This document shows positions 1 to 9,821 of a DNA stretch of 64,000 bases, one piece after another. Source of the stretch: Caulobacteraceae bacterium. GTDB lineage: Bacteria; Pseudomonadota; Alphaproteobacteria; Caulobacterales; Caulobacteraceae. The stretch covers positions 22,414 through 86,413 of the forward strand of contig JARLIQ010000038.1 in assembly GCA_031291645.1 (NCBI GenBank), written 5' to 3'. How positions within the stretch are numbered: position 1 is the stretch's first letter; each line of letters begins with the position of its first letter. A program made the translations under genes and the position numbers. The notes beneath the pieces are model-generated. The model saw only the letters and a program-made list of their open reading frames with translations. It was not told where the DNA came from and searched no databases.

Positions 1-479
1 ATACATGCCAGAGGATCTCGAGCATCTACTTTAAGTTTTAGTACGGGATAGGCAGCGTGCGCGCGGGCAGTCGCCTCGTAGGCCGGCACAGGGCGGATGC
101 CGACTGTAATGTCGATGACCACCGGCCGGGCCTTCACGCCAGCGACCTCAAATGGATCCAGACCGTCGCGTTTCGCCGCCATGTCCCACAACGCTGAATC
201 GAGGGCGAAGCGGGCGCCCCCAGCCGGAAGCAGGTCGAGCAGAGCAGGACGTGTTAGCCCTTGATCGATTTCCGGCCGGACTTCCTCGATCTGCGCCAGC
301 ATCGTTGCCGGCGTTTCGCCCCGATAAGGAATGCCGCAGGCTTCTCCGGTGCCGACATTGCCGGCGCCGTCTGTGATCCAAACCTGCAGCGCGGTCTGTT
401 CGTCCTGCACCCCTCGCGCAATCGCGAACTGTTCCTTCATCGGCCACGTCCTCGCCTGAGTCCTGACGCTCCAGCTCAT
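1..479 (-). CDS. dgcA: N-acetyl-D-Glu racemase DgcA-like enolase-superfamily (dipeptide-epimerase-type) protein; 5' part only, runs off the window start
   Basis: Absent from the ORF track because it has no stop in the window. Manual translation from ATG 479-477 gives MSWSVRTQARTWPMKEQFAIARGVQDEQTALQVWITDGAGNVGTGEACGIPYRGETPATMLAQIEEV..., the capping-domain pattern of L-Ala-D/L-Glu-epimerase-like enolases. Its start overlaps the stop of the upstream DUF1611 gene as ATGA (476-479). Confidence 0.6.
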   Translation of the reverse strand, partial: MSWSVRTQARTWPMKEQFAIARGVQDEQTALQVWITDGAGNVGTGEACGIPYRGETPATMLAQIEEVRPEIDQGLTRPALLDLLPAGGARFALDSALWDMAAKRDGLDPFEVAGVKARPVVIDITVGIRPVPAYEATARAHAAYPVLKLKVDARDPLAC

Positions 480-1474
480 GCGGCCAATATCCTCGAAGCT
501 ACGGCATCGACACCAAAGCGAAGCGGGTCGAAGCACGGCAAGCCCAGTTCTTGCTCTAAAGTCAGCGCGACGGCATGGGCATCTTCCTCGGCCATGGACG
601 AGGTGTTGAGCGCAATGGCGACGAAGCGTGCGTCGGGGTTGGTGACCTGTGCCAGCGTCCGGTAAACCGCCATCGTTTCGCCCAGCGGCCGAATGGGAAA
701 TCCCTCGAATCCGGATATTTCCTTGCGGGAAGGATCATGACACAACACCAGCGCATCGGGCTGGGAACCGTGAAGCAGTCCCAGCGTGACCCCTGCGTAG
801 GCGGGGTGAAAAATGGCCCCCTGCCCCTCTATGATGTCCCAATGATCATTGTTTTTGGCGTCTGGGGACAATGCCTCCGCGGCGCCGGCGATGAAATCGG
901 CGATGACAGCATCGATAGCAACGCCGCTCCCCGCAATCATAATGCCGGTCTGTCCCGTTGCACGGAATTCGACATCGGCGCCGAGCGCTGACATCGCCCG
1001 GGCCAAAGCGAGCGCGGTATATTTCTTGCCCAGCGCGCAGTCCGTCCCGACGGTCAGCAGGCGCTTGCCTCGCCTCTTGCGCCCAGTTGCAATCGGAAAG
1101 GCAATGTCACTATGGCGAACATCGTGAAGCTGCCGACCAAGTCGGGCGGAAGCCTCAGCGATCTCGGGAATGTTAGACAAACGTGTGTGCAGACCACTGA
1201 CAATATCGAGTCCGGCTTCGAGGGCCCTGACTAACATCGGAATCCAGGCTTCCGGCATTTGGCCGCCGATTGAGGCTGTGCCGATCAGGAGGGATTTGGC
1301 ACCCCTTTGCACGGCGGCCTCGGGATCCAGATCTTTGAGACCAAGGTCGGCCGCGCGGGACGTCAGCCGCCATTGTCCGATACAATCGCTGCCGGCCCAA
1401 TCACGAACGCCCTTTGCGGTTTTCGTATAGGGCGACAGTGGCGCGTCGCCCACGAAGATGAGATAAGGCGTCAT
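476..1474 (-). CDS. dgcN: DUF1611-family N-acetyltransferase (DgcN-like, D-glutamate N-acetyltransferase)
   Basis: Track ORF 476..1537. The family-typical N-terminus MTPYLIFVGDA begins at ATG 1474, so the upstream 21 codons look like a spurious extension. The GTDCALGKKYT P-loop-like motif and overall architecture match DUF1611. It is translationally coupled to the epimerase-like gene. Confidence 0.7.
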   Translation of the reverse strand: MTPYLIFVGDAPLSPYTKTAKGVRDWAGSDCIGQWRLTSRAADLGLKDLDPEAAVQRGAKSLLIGTASIGGQMPEAWIPMLVRALEAGLDIVSGLHTRLSNIPEIAEASARLGRQLHDVRHSDIAFPIATGRKRRGKRLLTVGTDCALGKKYTALALARAMSALGADVEFRATGQTGIMIAGSGVAIDAVIADFIAGAAEALSPDAKNNDHWDIIEGQGAIFHPAYAGVTLGLLHGSQPDALVLCHDPSRKEISGFEGFPIRPLGETMAVYRTLAQVTNPDARFVAIALNTSSMAEEDAHAVALTLEQELGLPCFDPLRFGVDAVASRILAA

Positions 1475-1603
1475 GAGCATTCGTAAAAAACAAGGTAAGT
1501 AAAAATCATTCTTATCGGTGCCCCAACGAGATTTCACGCTGCTGAAGACGGTAAATAACCGGCGCGTTTAAACCTACGTAGAAACGCATCTGCCTTTCAA
1601 GCG

Positions 1604-3787
1604 TCAATATTTGGCGTCGATTCGAACCCCGATCACGCGAGGTTCGCCCACCACATCCGATGTTGATGAGGTCAGGTATATGCGTTGTTTGTCGGTGAGG
1701 TTCCGGGCAAACAGGCCCAGCTTGTAGCGGCCATTGGAAACGTCGATGCTCGCATCGATCATGGTGGCCGAGGGGATCGGCAGACCCGTCGGATCCTGGA
1801 ATTTATTCGTCGTGGAGTCCACATAGCGAGCGCCGACACGGCCGTCGAACTGCCAGTCTCTGACTTGAGCAAAAGTCCAATCGACCGTGGCGTTGGCGGA
1901 CCATGGCGTGACCAGCGGTAAGGGGTCTCCCGCATGGCCGGCCGTGAAAATCGCGTTCACCGAGCGCAGCTTGGCGTCCGAATATGACACTCCGGCGCTG
2001 AGCGTTAGATCGTTGATCGGCCGATACTGACCGCTGAGTTCAAACCCTTGGCTACGCGCCGTGCCGGCGTTGACCGTGTAGGGCAGAAGCCCAAGGTAGC
2101 TCTCGGTCAGCTGGATATTCGACCAGTCGATCAGAAACACCGCACCTTCGACATAGGCACGATGGTCCGCGAATTCGGACTTAACGCCCAACTCGTAGCT
2201 GGTGGTCCGATCTGGCTGGAAGGTCGTCGGCGCGCCGGGATAGGCGTTGTTGGCGCCGCCCGGCCGGAAGCCGGTGGCGGCCCTGGCATAGAGCATCGTC
2301 CCATTGAACGGACGATATCGCGCGGTTGCCGACCAGAGCGTCGTGGTGTCGTCGCCTTTACCGCCGAAGGTCGTGAGGCTGCCGAGTAGCGATCCGCCGT
2401 ACCCCGTGGTGCTATCTGTCTGTGTATGCGCGACGCGCAGGCCGGCTCCTATGTCCCATTCATCGCTGATCTTGAGGGTGGCGTTGCCGAAGCCGGAGTA
2501 TTCCTCGTAGGTCGAGTGGAGCGGGAAGGTTGCCAACGGATTGACGCCGGCGACCGGCGTGTCCGCGGCCGGGGCGAGAAGGGTCGCGATCGCCGACTCT
2601 TCGAAGGTCTCGCGAGTGTAGTAGGCACCGACGAGCCAATTAATCTTGCCATCTGCCGGCGATGCAAGGCGTACCTCTTGAACGAACTTTTCGCCGCTGG
2701 TGTCGATCACATAGTCCGTACGTCCCGGCAGGTACGAGTAGGAGGCCGTCAAGTCGCTGCCTTGATCCCACTTCGATTTCGAATAGCCCGTCGCAGAGGT
2801 CAGGGTCGCCCAGCCGAGATTCCAGTTCACCGTGCCATTCAGAACCGAATAGGTTTGATCACTATAAACCGGCGCTACATAGCGGATCGCATACGGCCCG
2901 TCCGACGGTTGCCCCGTGGCCGAATTGATCCCGATCCGCGCCTGGCCGCCATAGTCATTTTCCTGATGGGTGAAACTGAGATCGACGGTCAAATCCTTGG
3001 TCGGCGCATAACGCAGCGCGACCCGATATTGGTCTGACGTGCCGCGATTGAAGTCGCGCTCGCCGCCCGACGCGACATTGTCGATGTAGCCCGGATCGTC
3101 GCGATGGCCGAAGCTGACCCGCAGGCCTAGCGTGTCATTGACAAGCGGTAGGTTGACGACGCCGCGCCCGAGCCAGCCCGTTTGGGCCGAATGCGCCATG
3201 CCCCAAACCTCGCCACCGACTTCGCCGTCGAACTCGGTGAGCGACGGCTTCTTGGTGACGTATTTGATCAAGCCCCCCAACGAGTTCGCGCCATAGAGCG
3301 TGCCCTGTGGTCCGCGCAGCACCTCGATACGATCCAGGTCGTAGGGCGACAGATCGAGGTTTGACGAGGCGGCCGGCCCGGTCGGCGAACTACGGCTGAC
3401 GGGTGAATCATCGACGTAGACGGCCGTCGTGGCGCCAGCGTCGTCACTGGGGGAGATTCCGCGGAACCCAATGTAGCCGATACCGGGAATGCCGGAGCCG
3501 TTGAGCGTAACACTGGGAAGGTAGCCGACAATGTCGGCGAGCTTCGTGACGCTCAACTTGCTGAGGGTCGAGGCGTCGATCGCGCTAATCGCGGAGGGCA
3601 CGTCGCGCAGAATTTCCGACCTCTTGGACGCTGTGACAACGACCTCACCGATTTCTGTCGTTGGCTTCGCCGGAGCAGCTGCCCCATCGGCCCCCGCGCT
3701 CACCTGAGCCGATGCCGGGGACGCGGTCAAAGCCGCCAAGATCCCAATCCCGCTGGCCATCGCCAGCAACGCTGTCTGCCGTCGCAT
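1604..3787 (-). CDS. TonB-dependent receptor
   Basis: Track ORF 1604..3853. It has a signal peptide (MRRQTALLAMASGIGILAALTASPASAQ), a plug region (EVVVTASKR, IEVLRGPQGTLYGANSLGG) and an aromatic C-terminus (...RIDAKY). ATG 3787 is preceded by a GGGGGA Shine-Dalgarno sequence. Confidence 0.9.
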   Translation of the reverse strand: MRRQTALLAMASGIGILAALTASPASAQVSAGADGAAAPAKPTTEIGEVVVTASKRSEILRDVPSAISAIDASTLSKLSVTKLADIVGYLPSVTLNGSGIPGIGYIGFRGISPSDDAGATTAVYVDDSPVSRSSPTGPAASSNLDLSPYDLDRIEVLRGPQGTLYGANSLGGLIKYVTKKPSLTEFDGEVGGEVWGMAHSAQTGWLGRGVVNLPLVNDTLGLRVSFGHRDDPGYIDNVASGGERDFNRGTSDQYRVALRYAPTKDLTVDLSFTHQENDYGGQARIGINSATGQPSDGPYAIRYVAPVYSDQTYSVLNGTVNWNLGWATLTSATGYSKSKWDQGSDLTASYSYLPGRTDYVIDTSGEKFVQEVRLASPADGKINWLVGAYYTRETFEESAIATLLAPAADTPVAGVNPLATFPLHSTYEEYSGFGNATLKISDEWDIGAGLRVAHTQTDSTTGYGGSLLGSLTTFGGKGDDTTTLWSATARYRPFNGTMLYARAATGFRPGGANNAYPGAPTTFQPDRTTSYELGVKSEFADHRAYVEGAVFLIDWSNIQLTESYLGLLPYTVNAGTARSQGFELSGQYRPINDLTLSAGVSYSDAKLRSVNAIFTAGHAGDPLPLVTPWSANATVDWTFAQVRDWQFDGRVGARYVDSTTNKFQDPTGLPIPSATMIDASIDVSNGRYKLGLFARNLTDKQRIYLTSSTSDVVGEPRVIGVRIDAKY

Positions 3788-3873
3788 TATTTCCCCCATA
3801 GAGCCGACTTCACTAGGGGGGGTATACGGAAAATTTCGTCCTGTATAGGACAAAATGAACCCGCTGGGGACGC

Positions 3874-4563
3874 CTATCCAGCGTGCCGGGCTGACCGTCC
3901 GCGGACGGGGCGCTGCCGGCTCGGCTCCTGGGCCTCCTTTGAAGGGGGAACGGGCAAGCTGCCGATGAGCTCTTCCTGCGAACTAGAGCAGACGCTGAGG
4001 ATGGTCGCGCTCTCCGCATCGTCTCCGACGACGTAGGCATGGCCCATCTTGCTGTCGATGTAGACCGACTCGCCGGTGTTCATTTTCACAGGATCATAGA
4101 ACTCAGTGTGGACTTCTACTACACCCTCTAGCACATAGATGTACTCCTCACCCTGGTGCCGAAGCAGTGGGCCGAACTCCTCTATTGTTCGCGCCTTTAC
4201 CCGAGACACGATTGGAATCATGTCCTTGTGACGAAGCTCGGGGCACATATAGAAATAGTCATAATTTGGTGTGGATACGCTTAGAGCACCCGAAAGGGTA
4301 CCTAAACTCCGGCGGCCGTTGGCCGCAACTCGAACGGGAGCTTCGGGCTCTGAAAATAGCTCGGACATGTGCACGTTCAGCCGCTCACTGATCATCTGCA
4401 GCTTGTCATATGTCAGCGTCAGGCGGTCATGTTCCACCTTTGACAGGGTAGACATGGGCACGCCGGTGCGCTCGCTCATTTGTTTTAGCGTCAGCCCTAG
4501 TCTCGCGCGCAGGTTACGCAAGAGCGAGCCAAGCGTGGATTTGGCCGGTACGGCTGTGTTCAT
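3874..4563 (-). CDS. XRE-family HTH transcriptional regulator with C-terminal cupin domain
   Basis: The N-terminal HTH LGLTLKQMSERTGVPMSTLSKVEHD is followed by a cupin-like region (GEEYIYVLEGVVEVH...GHAY). It is divergent from the peptidase operon. Confidence 0.8.
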   Translation of the reverse strand: MNTAVPAKSTLGSLLRNLRARLGLTLKQMSERTGVPMSTLSKVEHDRLTLTYDKLQMISERLNVHMSELFSEPEAPVRVAANGRRSLGTLSGALSVSTPNYDYFYMCPELRHKDMIPIVSRVKARTIEEFGPLLRHQGEEYIYVLEGVVEVHTEFYDPVKMNTGESVYIDSKMGHAYVVGDDAESATILSVCSSSQEELIGSLPVPPSKEAQEPSRQRPVRGRSARHAG

Positions 4564-4826
4564 GGTGGGGTGCTCACTGCTGCCGGCCTGCTACGATTCT
4601 AACTCGCAAGTGTCCGCGAAACGGGGCGCGGATAGAACACCGGGATGATCGCGTTGACAAGATAACAGGTGCCGAGGTCCTGTCCAGGATTGCGGTGTCT
4701 CGGGCGAGCAGCGTGGTTCGATCCGGCGAGCCATAAATAAAATTCCAGCCGCGAAGAGCGTCATGAGGCTCCGCATATCCGATAGAGGATCGTCTTGTCC
4801 TGATTTGAAACGACGGTCATAGTGCT

Positions 4827-6461
4827 TTGCCGTCTGCGATGCAGCTGCGGCCGTGCGGAGTCCCCTGCGTGAGCGAATTGATCACCATCGTCGAGTTGCA
4901 AGCGCGTACCGAAAGGCTCCTCACACCCTACCTGCGCCCTGGTGGCCCGGGTGTTGTGGTCGGAGTGGCGCGCGACGGGATAACGCTCTTGCAGTGCGTG
5001 TTCGGAGCTGCGGACGTGATGTCGGGGGCGCCGCTGACATTAGAGACCCAATTGCCGATCGCCTCAGTGACCAAGCATATGACCGCGATAGGCGCGGAGA
5101 TCCTTGCGGAAGAAGGGCTGCTCGATCTAGACGCGCCGGTGGGCAACTACGTGGAGGGTTTGGAGCTCGCTGTGGGCCGTCCTACCCTTCGCCAGCTCAT
5201 GACGCACCAATCCGGTTTGCGGTGTCACCTTGACGTGCAGTTCCTTAGCGGGCGCGGTTCGCGTCCCGACGGTTTCGCTATGCGCACAATCAAACGCATG
5301 CATACCGTGAATACAGAACCGGGCGAGCTCCAGGTCTACGGCAATACGGGATTTCATCTTGTCTCGCGCGCCATTGAGGCCGCCGCAGGCTGCAGCTTCG
5401 CGCGGTTTATGGAGGCCCGGGTATTCGGACCGCTCGGCCTGACACATACGGTCTTGGCGCAAAACTGGGCTCCAGGCTCAGGAAACGCCGCACTCTACGC
5501 AGCGGAGGGCGAGGAGTGGCGTGATGTAGGCGATCTGCGCCACGAAAGCTTAGGTGAAGGCGGCGTCTCTTCGAGACTTGATGACATGATGTCGTGGGCG
5601 CGCGCCCTGCGCACAGAGGATCCCCGTCTCCCGAAAGCCGCCTGGACCGCAGTGAAGTTCGAAGCCTCCACCTCGGACGGGATGCCGAGCGGCTATGGCT
5701 TGGGCTTGGTTGTTGGCCGCCATCGCGGTGTCGAGACGATCGGCCATGGGGGTATGATTTACGGCGCCACGAGCGCTTTGCTGACGGCTCCCGCCCACGG
5801 GGTGGATATCGTCGTGCTCGCGAATATGAATCTGCCCGCGGAGGCGATCGCCCGCGATCTTCTCGTCGCCGTCTTGGACGAAAGCGTCCTTACACCTGCC
5901 GCGGCACCAGCCCGCACTCAAGACTGGCCTGGTCTGCAAGAGGGTCTATTTCTCGCCAACGCACTGGTCGCCCGGTTCCTGGATCTGGGCGGCGCCCTTG
6001 CGATTTCGCTGCAGGGATCCCCCCCCCTCCCCTTAATGACTGGCGTCGAAGGACTGTGGCTACAGGGAGTGTTCGGTCCGATATCGATTCTGCTGCCCGA
6101 CGGTCCGGGCGGCGATCGTTTAGAAGTCCGCATGGGAGGAGAAACCCACGCGGCACTCCGCACTCGCAATGCCCCTCCCCATGGCCCAGCCCTGGCCCGC
6201 GAAGTTGTGGGAACCTACGTCTGTGCGGAGATCGAAAGCGCAATCACACTTTTGCATGGCGACGACGCGATCGGAATACGCACCCAAGGGCCGTACGGAA
6301 CGGTCGAGGGACGGGCTATTCCGATCACAGCCGAAATACTGCTCGCCGAGGTTCCCTTCTCACGCTTTCTGCTGACGCTAAGGCGCGAGTCCGGGCAGGT
6401 CACTGGGCTGGTCTACGATACCCCGCGCACCCGCGCGCTGCCCTTTCTCCGCATCAGCTGA
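4827..6461 (+). CDS. Serine hydrolase of the beta-lactamase/S12 family, D-aminopeptidase (DAP)-like
   Basis: It has an SxxK motif (SVTKHMTA), an HGG motif (IGHGGMIYG) and ~540 aa with a long C-terminal extension, as in Ochrobactrum-type D-aminopeptidase. The start is uncertain (TTG 4827 or ATG 4839). Confidence 0.7.
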   Translation: MPSAMQLRPCGVPCVSELITIVELQARTERLLTPYLRPGGPGVVVGVARDGITLLQCVFGAADVMSGAPLTLETQLPIASVTKHMTAIGAEILAEEGLLDLDAPVGNYVEGLELAVGRPTLRQLMTHQSGLRCHLDVQFLSGRGSRPDGFAMRTIKRMHTVNTEPGELQVYGNTGFHLVSRAIEAAAGCSFARFMEARVFGPLGLTHTVLAQNWAPGSGNAALYAAEGEEWRDVGDLRHESLGEGGVSSRLDDMMSWARALRTEDPRLPKAAWTAVKFEASTSDGMPSGYGLGLVVGRHRGVETIGHGGMIYGATSALLTAPAHGVDIVVLANMNLPAEAIARDLLVAVLDESVLTPAAAPARTQDWPGLQEGLFLANALVARFLDLGGALAISLQGSPPLPLMTGVEGLWLQGVFGPISILLPDGPGGDRLEVRMGGETHAALRTRNAPPHGPALAREVVGTYVCAEIESAITLLHGDDAIGIRTQGPYGTVEGRAIPITAEILLAEVPFSRFLLTLRRESGQVTGLVYDTPRTRALPFLRIS

Positions 6462-6876
6462 CCCCGGAAGCACAATTGCGGTGTTCATCGCTTCCCTTGC
6501 CACCGAGCCGAACCGGTTTGGGCCTTCCTCCCGCAGCTGCGCGGCCACCGAAAAAGAAAGCCTGGTCCGTTAGATCCCGCGTCGATCCCACGCTCCCCCG
6601 CAGGCTCCCCATTGAGGTTCTTCGCACTCGTGGGGAGAATACGGATGCTCGGGTGCTCGAGAGCTTGAGCGCCCTCGCACACCCTACCGGGCTGACAATG
6701 CCCGCGCCGACGAGGCTTGGGACACGAGATCCCGGCCGACCTTTCTGCGACCGGCCAGATCGACCTGATATTGCTGATGCTGCAAGGCGGCGCGATGGCG
6801 GCGGGCTAGGGCGACCGCGCCCGCATGCAAAGCGGAGCGCCGCCCTGGAGCGTCCAATCAAGGCGTTACCTCGCCG

Positions 6877-8385
6877 ATGGAGATGGAATTGACCCGGTTA
6901 AGAATTTTCACGGCCCTCTTGGGCACAGAGACTAACTCCTTCGCTCCGTTCCCCACCTCCGCCAACCAGTTCGAGCCGGCGGAGCAACCGTCAGCGGCGC
7001 CAGGCCCACCGCGATACCACCCATATGGTCAGGTCCTTCGTGTGCTCCGGGAGAGGGCCGAAAGCGACAACCTTGAAATCTTCCAAGGCCGTGGAGGGTT
7101 CGCTTCGCCAAGCGGCCTCACAACCCGCGCCGCCTATGAAACCCTTCGTGACCGACTGCTTGAGGACCTCCGATCGGCCATGCCGGTAGATGCCGTGGCC
7201 CTAAGCCTTCACGGCGCCATGATCGCCGATGGCTACGACACTGCTGAAGGGGACCTGCTGCGCAACATCCGTGCCGTCGTAGGACCAAATGTGCCGATTG
7301 GCGCCGAGCTCGATCCGCATGCTCATCTTGACGACGAAAAGCTTGCCCATTCGGACATTCTCGTTTTCTTCAAGGAATATCCCCACTCAGACGTCTATGA
7401 GCGCGCAGTCGAGATGATCGACATGACCTTGCGCATGACGCGCGGTGAGATCAAGCCGATCAAGTCGGTCAATGACCTGCATACCCTCGGCAATTTCCAC
7501 ACCACGCGGGAGCCCGTGCGCAGCTTTGTCGCGCGGATGAAGGCCGCCGAGGAGGAGGAGAAGGTGCTGTCCGTGTCCTTCATCCACTCCTTTCCCTGGG
7601 GCGACAGTTCGTCTCTCGGCGCCAAAATCCTTGTGATCACCGATGATGCAAAAGAACGTGGCGATAGTCTTTGCGCCGCGCTGGCGGAAGAACTGCTCGC
7701 GATCCGTGGGCAGGCGCAGGTGAAATTCCTGAGCCCCATCGCAGCCCTCGAACGGGCGCTCGCCGTCAATGGCGCGCCAGTGATCCTGGCCGACGCGGCC
7801 GATAACGCTGGCGGCGGAGCGGCAAGTGACTCGACTTTCGTCCTTAAGGCGATGCTGGAGCTGAACGTCGAAAACGCCTGCCTCGGACCGCTTTACGATC
7901 CCGGCGCCGTCACTCTGTGCCATTCTGCAGGCGCGGGCGCTCACCTCAAGCTGCGTATAGGAGGTAAGTTCTCGGCGGCGTCAGGCGACCCGCTCGACGT
8001 TGACGTCGAGGTCTTGAACTGCACGCACAATCTTCTGATGCTGAACGTGTTCGGCGGCCCTGATAGCGTAGCTCTGGGCCCCGCTGCCGCAATTCGGGTC
8101 GGCGGCGTCGACGTGGTCCTGACGTCGAAGCGCCAGCAGGCGTTGGGCGACCTGTTCAACGGCGTGGGCGTCGACTGGCGCACCAAGAAAATCGTCGTGG
8201 TCAAGTCAGCCCAGCACTTCCATGCCGTGTTTGGACCGTCCGCAGCGGAAGTGCTGTACATAGACACGCCAGGAAGCGTCACCAATGACTGGACGACGCT
8301 AAAATACGTCCGTCGTCCGCAGGGCCTTTGGCCGCTGGATGACAACAGCGCTTCATCCCCTTCCTCGGCCGGCTTGCAATTTTAG
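6877..8385 (+). CDS. M81-family metallopeptidase (MlrC-like)
   Basis: The N-terminus LRIFTALLGTETNSFAP and the ~500 aa length are typical of the MlrC N- and C-domain architecture. Confidence 0.75.
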   Translation: MEMELTRLRIFTALLGTETNSFAPFPTSANQFEPAEQPSAAPGPPRYHPYGQVLRVLRERAESDNLEIFQGRGGFASPSGLTTRAAYETLRDRLLEDLRSAMPVDAVALSLHGAMIADGYDTAEGDLLRNIRAVVGPNVPIGAELDPHAHLDDEKLAHSDILVFFKEYPHSDVYERAVEMIDMTLRMTRGEIKPIKSVNDLHTLGNFHTTREPVRSFVARMKAAEEEEKVLSVSFIHSFPWGDSSSLGAKILVITDDAKERGDSLCAALAEELLAIRGQAQVKFLSPIAALERALAVNGAPVILADAADNAGGGAASDSTFVLKAMLELNVENACLGPLYDPGAVTLCHSAGAGAHLKLRIGGKFSAASGDPLDVDVEVLNCTHNLLMLNVFGGPDSVALGPAAAIRVGGVDVVLTSKRQQALGDLFNGVGVDWRTKKIVVVKSAQHFHAVFGPSAAEVLYIDTPGSVTNDWTTLKYVRRPQGLWPLDDNSASSPSSAGLQF

Positions 8386-8399
8386 AAGGATCGCCAGCA

Positions 8400-9554
8400 A
8401 TGAAACGCGCCCGTGATTTTGGTATTCCATTTTCAGGTCGGCCGGGTCCCTTAAACGCCATCACCGACATCGTGGGACTCGAGGTCGGCTATTCGACTCT
8501 CTGGGAGGGTGAAGGGCGGGTTGAGATTGGCCGAGGCCCAGTCCGGACCGGGGTTACGGCAATACTTCCGCGGGGACGGGCAGATCGGACGCCCTGTTAT
8601 GGCGCCTGGGCCGCACTCAATGGCGCGGGCGAGATGACTGGCACCGTGTGGCTCGAAGAACGTGGCCTGTGCGAAGGGCCGTTTCTAATCACTAACACCC
8701 ACGCCGTCGGAGTGGTGCGCGATGCGGCTATCCAGTGGATGAGGCGTCAGGGGTACGATTGTCCGTTCGCCCTTCCAATCGTTGCTGAGACCAGCGATGG
8801 CTTGTTCAACGACATGGACGGTAGCCATGTGAAGCCGGAGCACGTGTTTCAGGCGCTGGACGACGCTCGTGGCGGGCCAATTGCCGAGGGCAATGTTGGC
8901 GGCGGCGCCGGCATGATGACCTATGAGTACAAAGGGGGCACCGGCACGGCCTCTCGGGTGCTTACGTCCGATCAAGGCAGTTATACCGTAGGAGTCCTGG
9001 TTCAAAGCAATTACGGTGAGCGTAAATCGCTCCGCATCGCTGGCATCAAGATGGGCGAGCGCTTGGCCGACGACCGCCCTAGCCTGCGCGGGGGCGTTAC
9101 GCTGCCCGACAATCGCGCCCGGTACTATGCGCGCTGGACCCAAGACGCCAATCAACTGCCGGATCAGACCGGTGCCGGTGACGGGTCAATCATCGTGGTA
9201 GTGGCGACCGACGCGCCTCTGCTGCCTCATCAGCTGAAACGTCTCGCAAAACGTCCTGGACTCGCAATCGGTCGCTTGGGCGGGGTGGGCGCAGCGCTTT
9301 CCGGTGATATCTTCCTCGCACTGTCGACAGCCAACGCAGATGTGAGCGAAGATGGCGCAGCGAGAAATGTCCAGCAATACCCAAATCTCAACCTCACGGC
9401 ATTGTTCGAGGCGGCAATCGACGCGACTGAAGAAGCAATCGTCAACTCCATGGTCGCCGGCGAAGCGGCAGAAGGGGCCAATTGCTTCTACGTACCTGCT
9501 CTGCCGGTAGATCGGGTTCTAGCTCTGCTCGCCGAGCATGCTTTGCTGGTCTAA
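8400..9554 (+). CDS. P1/S58-family peptidase (DmpA/BapA-like aminopeptidase)
   Basis: MKRARDFGIPFSGRPGPLNAITDIVGLEVG..., NVGGGAGM and GSIIVVVATDAPLLPHQLKRLAKR are hallmark DmpA-family blocks. Confidence 0.85.
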   Translation: MKRARDFGIPFSGRPGPLNAITDIVGLEVGYSTLWEGEGRVEIGRGPVRTGVTAILPRGRADRTPCYGAWAALNGAGEMTGTVWLEERGLCEGPFLITNTHAVGVVRDAAIQWMRRQGYDCPFALPIVAETSDGLFNDMDGSHVKPEHVFQALDDARGGPIAEGNVGGGAGMMTYEYKGGTGTASRVLTSDQGSYTVGVLVQSNYGERKSLRIAGIKMGERLADDRPSLRGGVTLPDNRARYYARWTQDANQLPDQTGAGDGSIIVVVATDAPLLPHQLKRLAKRPGLAIGRLGGVGAALSGDIFLALSTANADVSEDGAARNVQQYPNLNLTALFEAAIDATEEAIVNSMVAGEAAEGANCFYVPALPVDRVLALLAEHALLV

Positions 9555-9567
9555 CTAGAAAGCCATC

Positions 9568-9768
9568 GTGACCGACGGGATTACTGAAGAACATTTCGGC
9601 GCTCACGAGCGCGCCTGTAGCCGGGACGAGTGTATCGCCTCTGGCATGGACGACTTCATCACCACGCCGTTCGATCCCGAGCGGTTCTTGGAGACCGTCG
9701 CGCAAAATCTCGCCGCGCTAGGCCTGGAAAGCGACGCCCCCGGGCCGAGCCCGGAACCTCAGATCTAA
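9568..9768 (+). pseudogene. C-terminal remnant of a response-regulator receiver domain
   Basis: ...ERACSRDECIASGMDDFITTPFDPERFLETV matches only the last helix/strand of CheY-like receivers (cf. CLAAGMDDYLSKPI). There is no N-terminal Asp pocket. It begins immediately after the A/T-richer block ends. Confidence 0.6.
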
Positions 9769-9821
9769 TTTTCGCGCGTCCTTCTCACTGAAAGCCACCC
9801 TGATCGGAAGGAACCCCAGGG

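Noticed and set aside
1619-1630. GATTCGAACC, a 10-nt match to the T-arm region of tRNA-Pro, considered as the distal att repeat of the island.
   Set aside because: The match does not extend beyond 10-11 nt and lies inside the coding sequence of the TonB-dependent receptor (...RIDAKY). It is expected by chance. A similar 8-nt match near 10987 was rejected for the same reason.
6462-6876. A 415-nt gap between the D-aminopeptidase-like and MlrC-like genes, inspected for a small gene, transporter remnant or riboswitch.
   Set aside because: All frames give short or low-complexity translations, and I could not recognise any conserved RNA motif. It is left unannotated.
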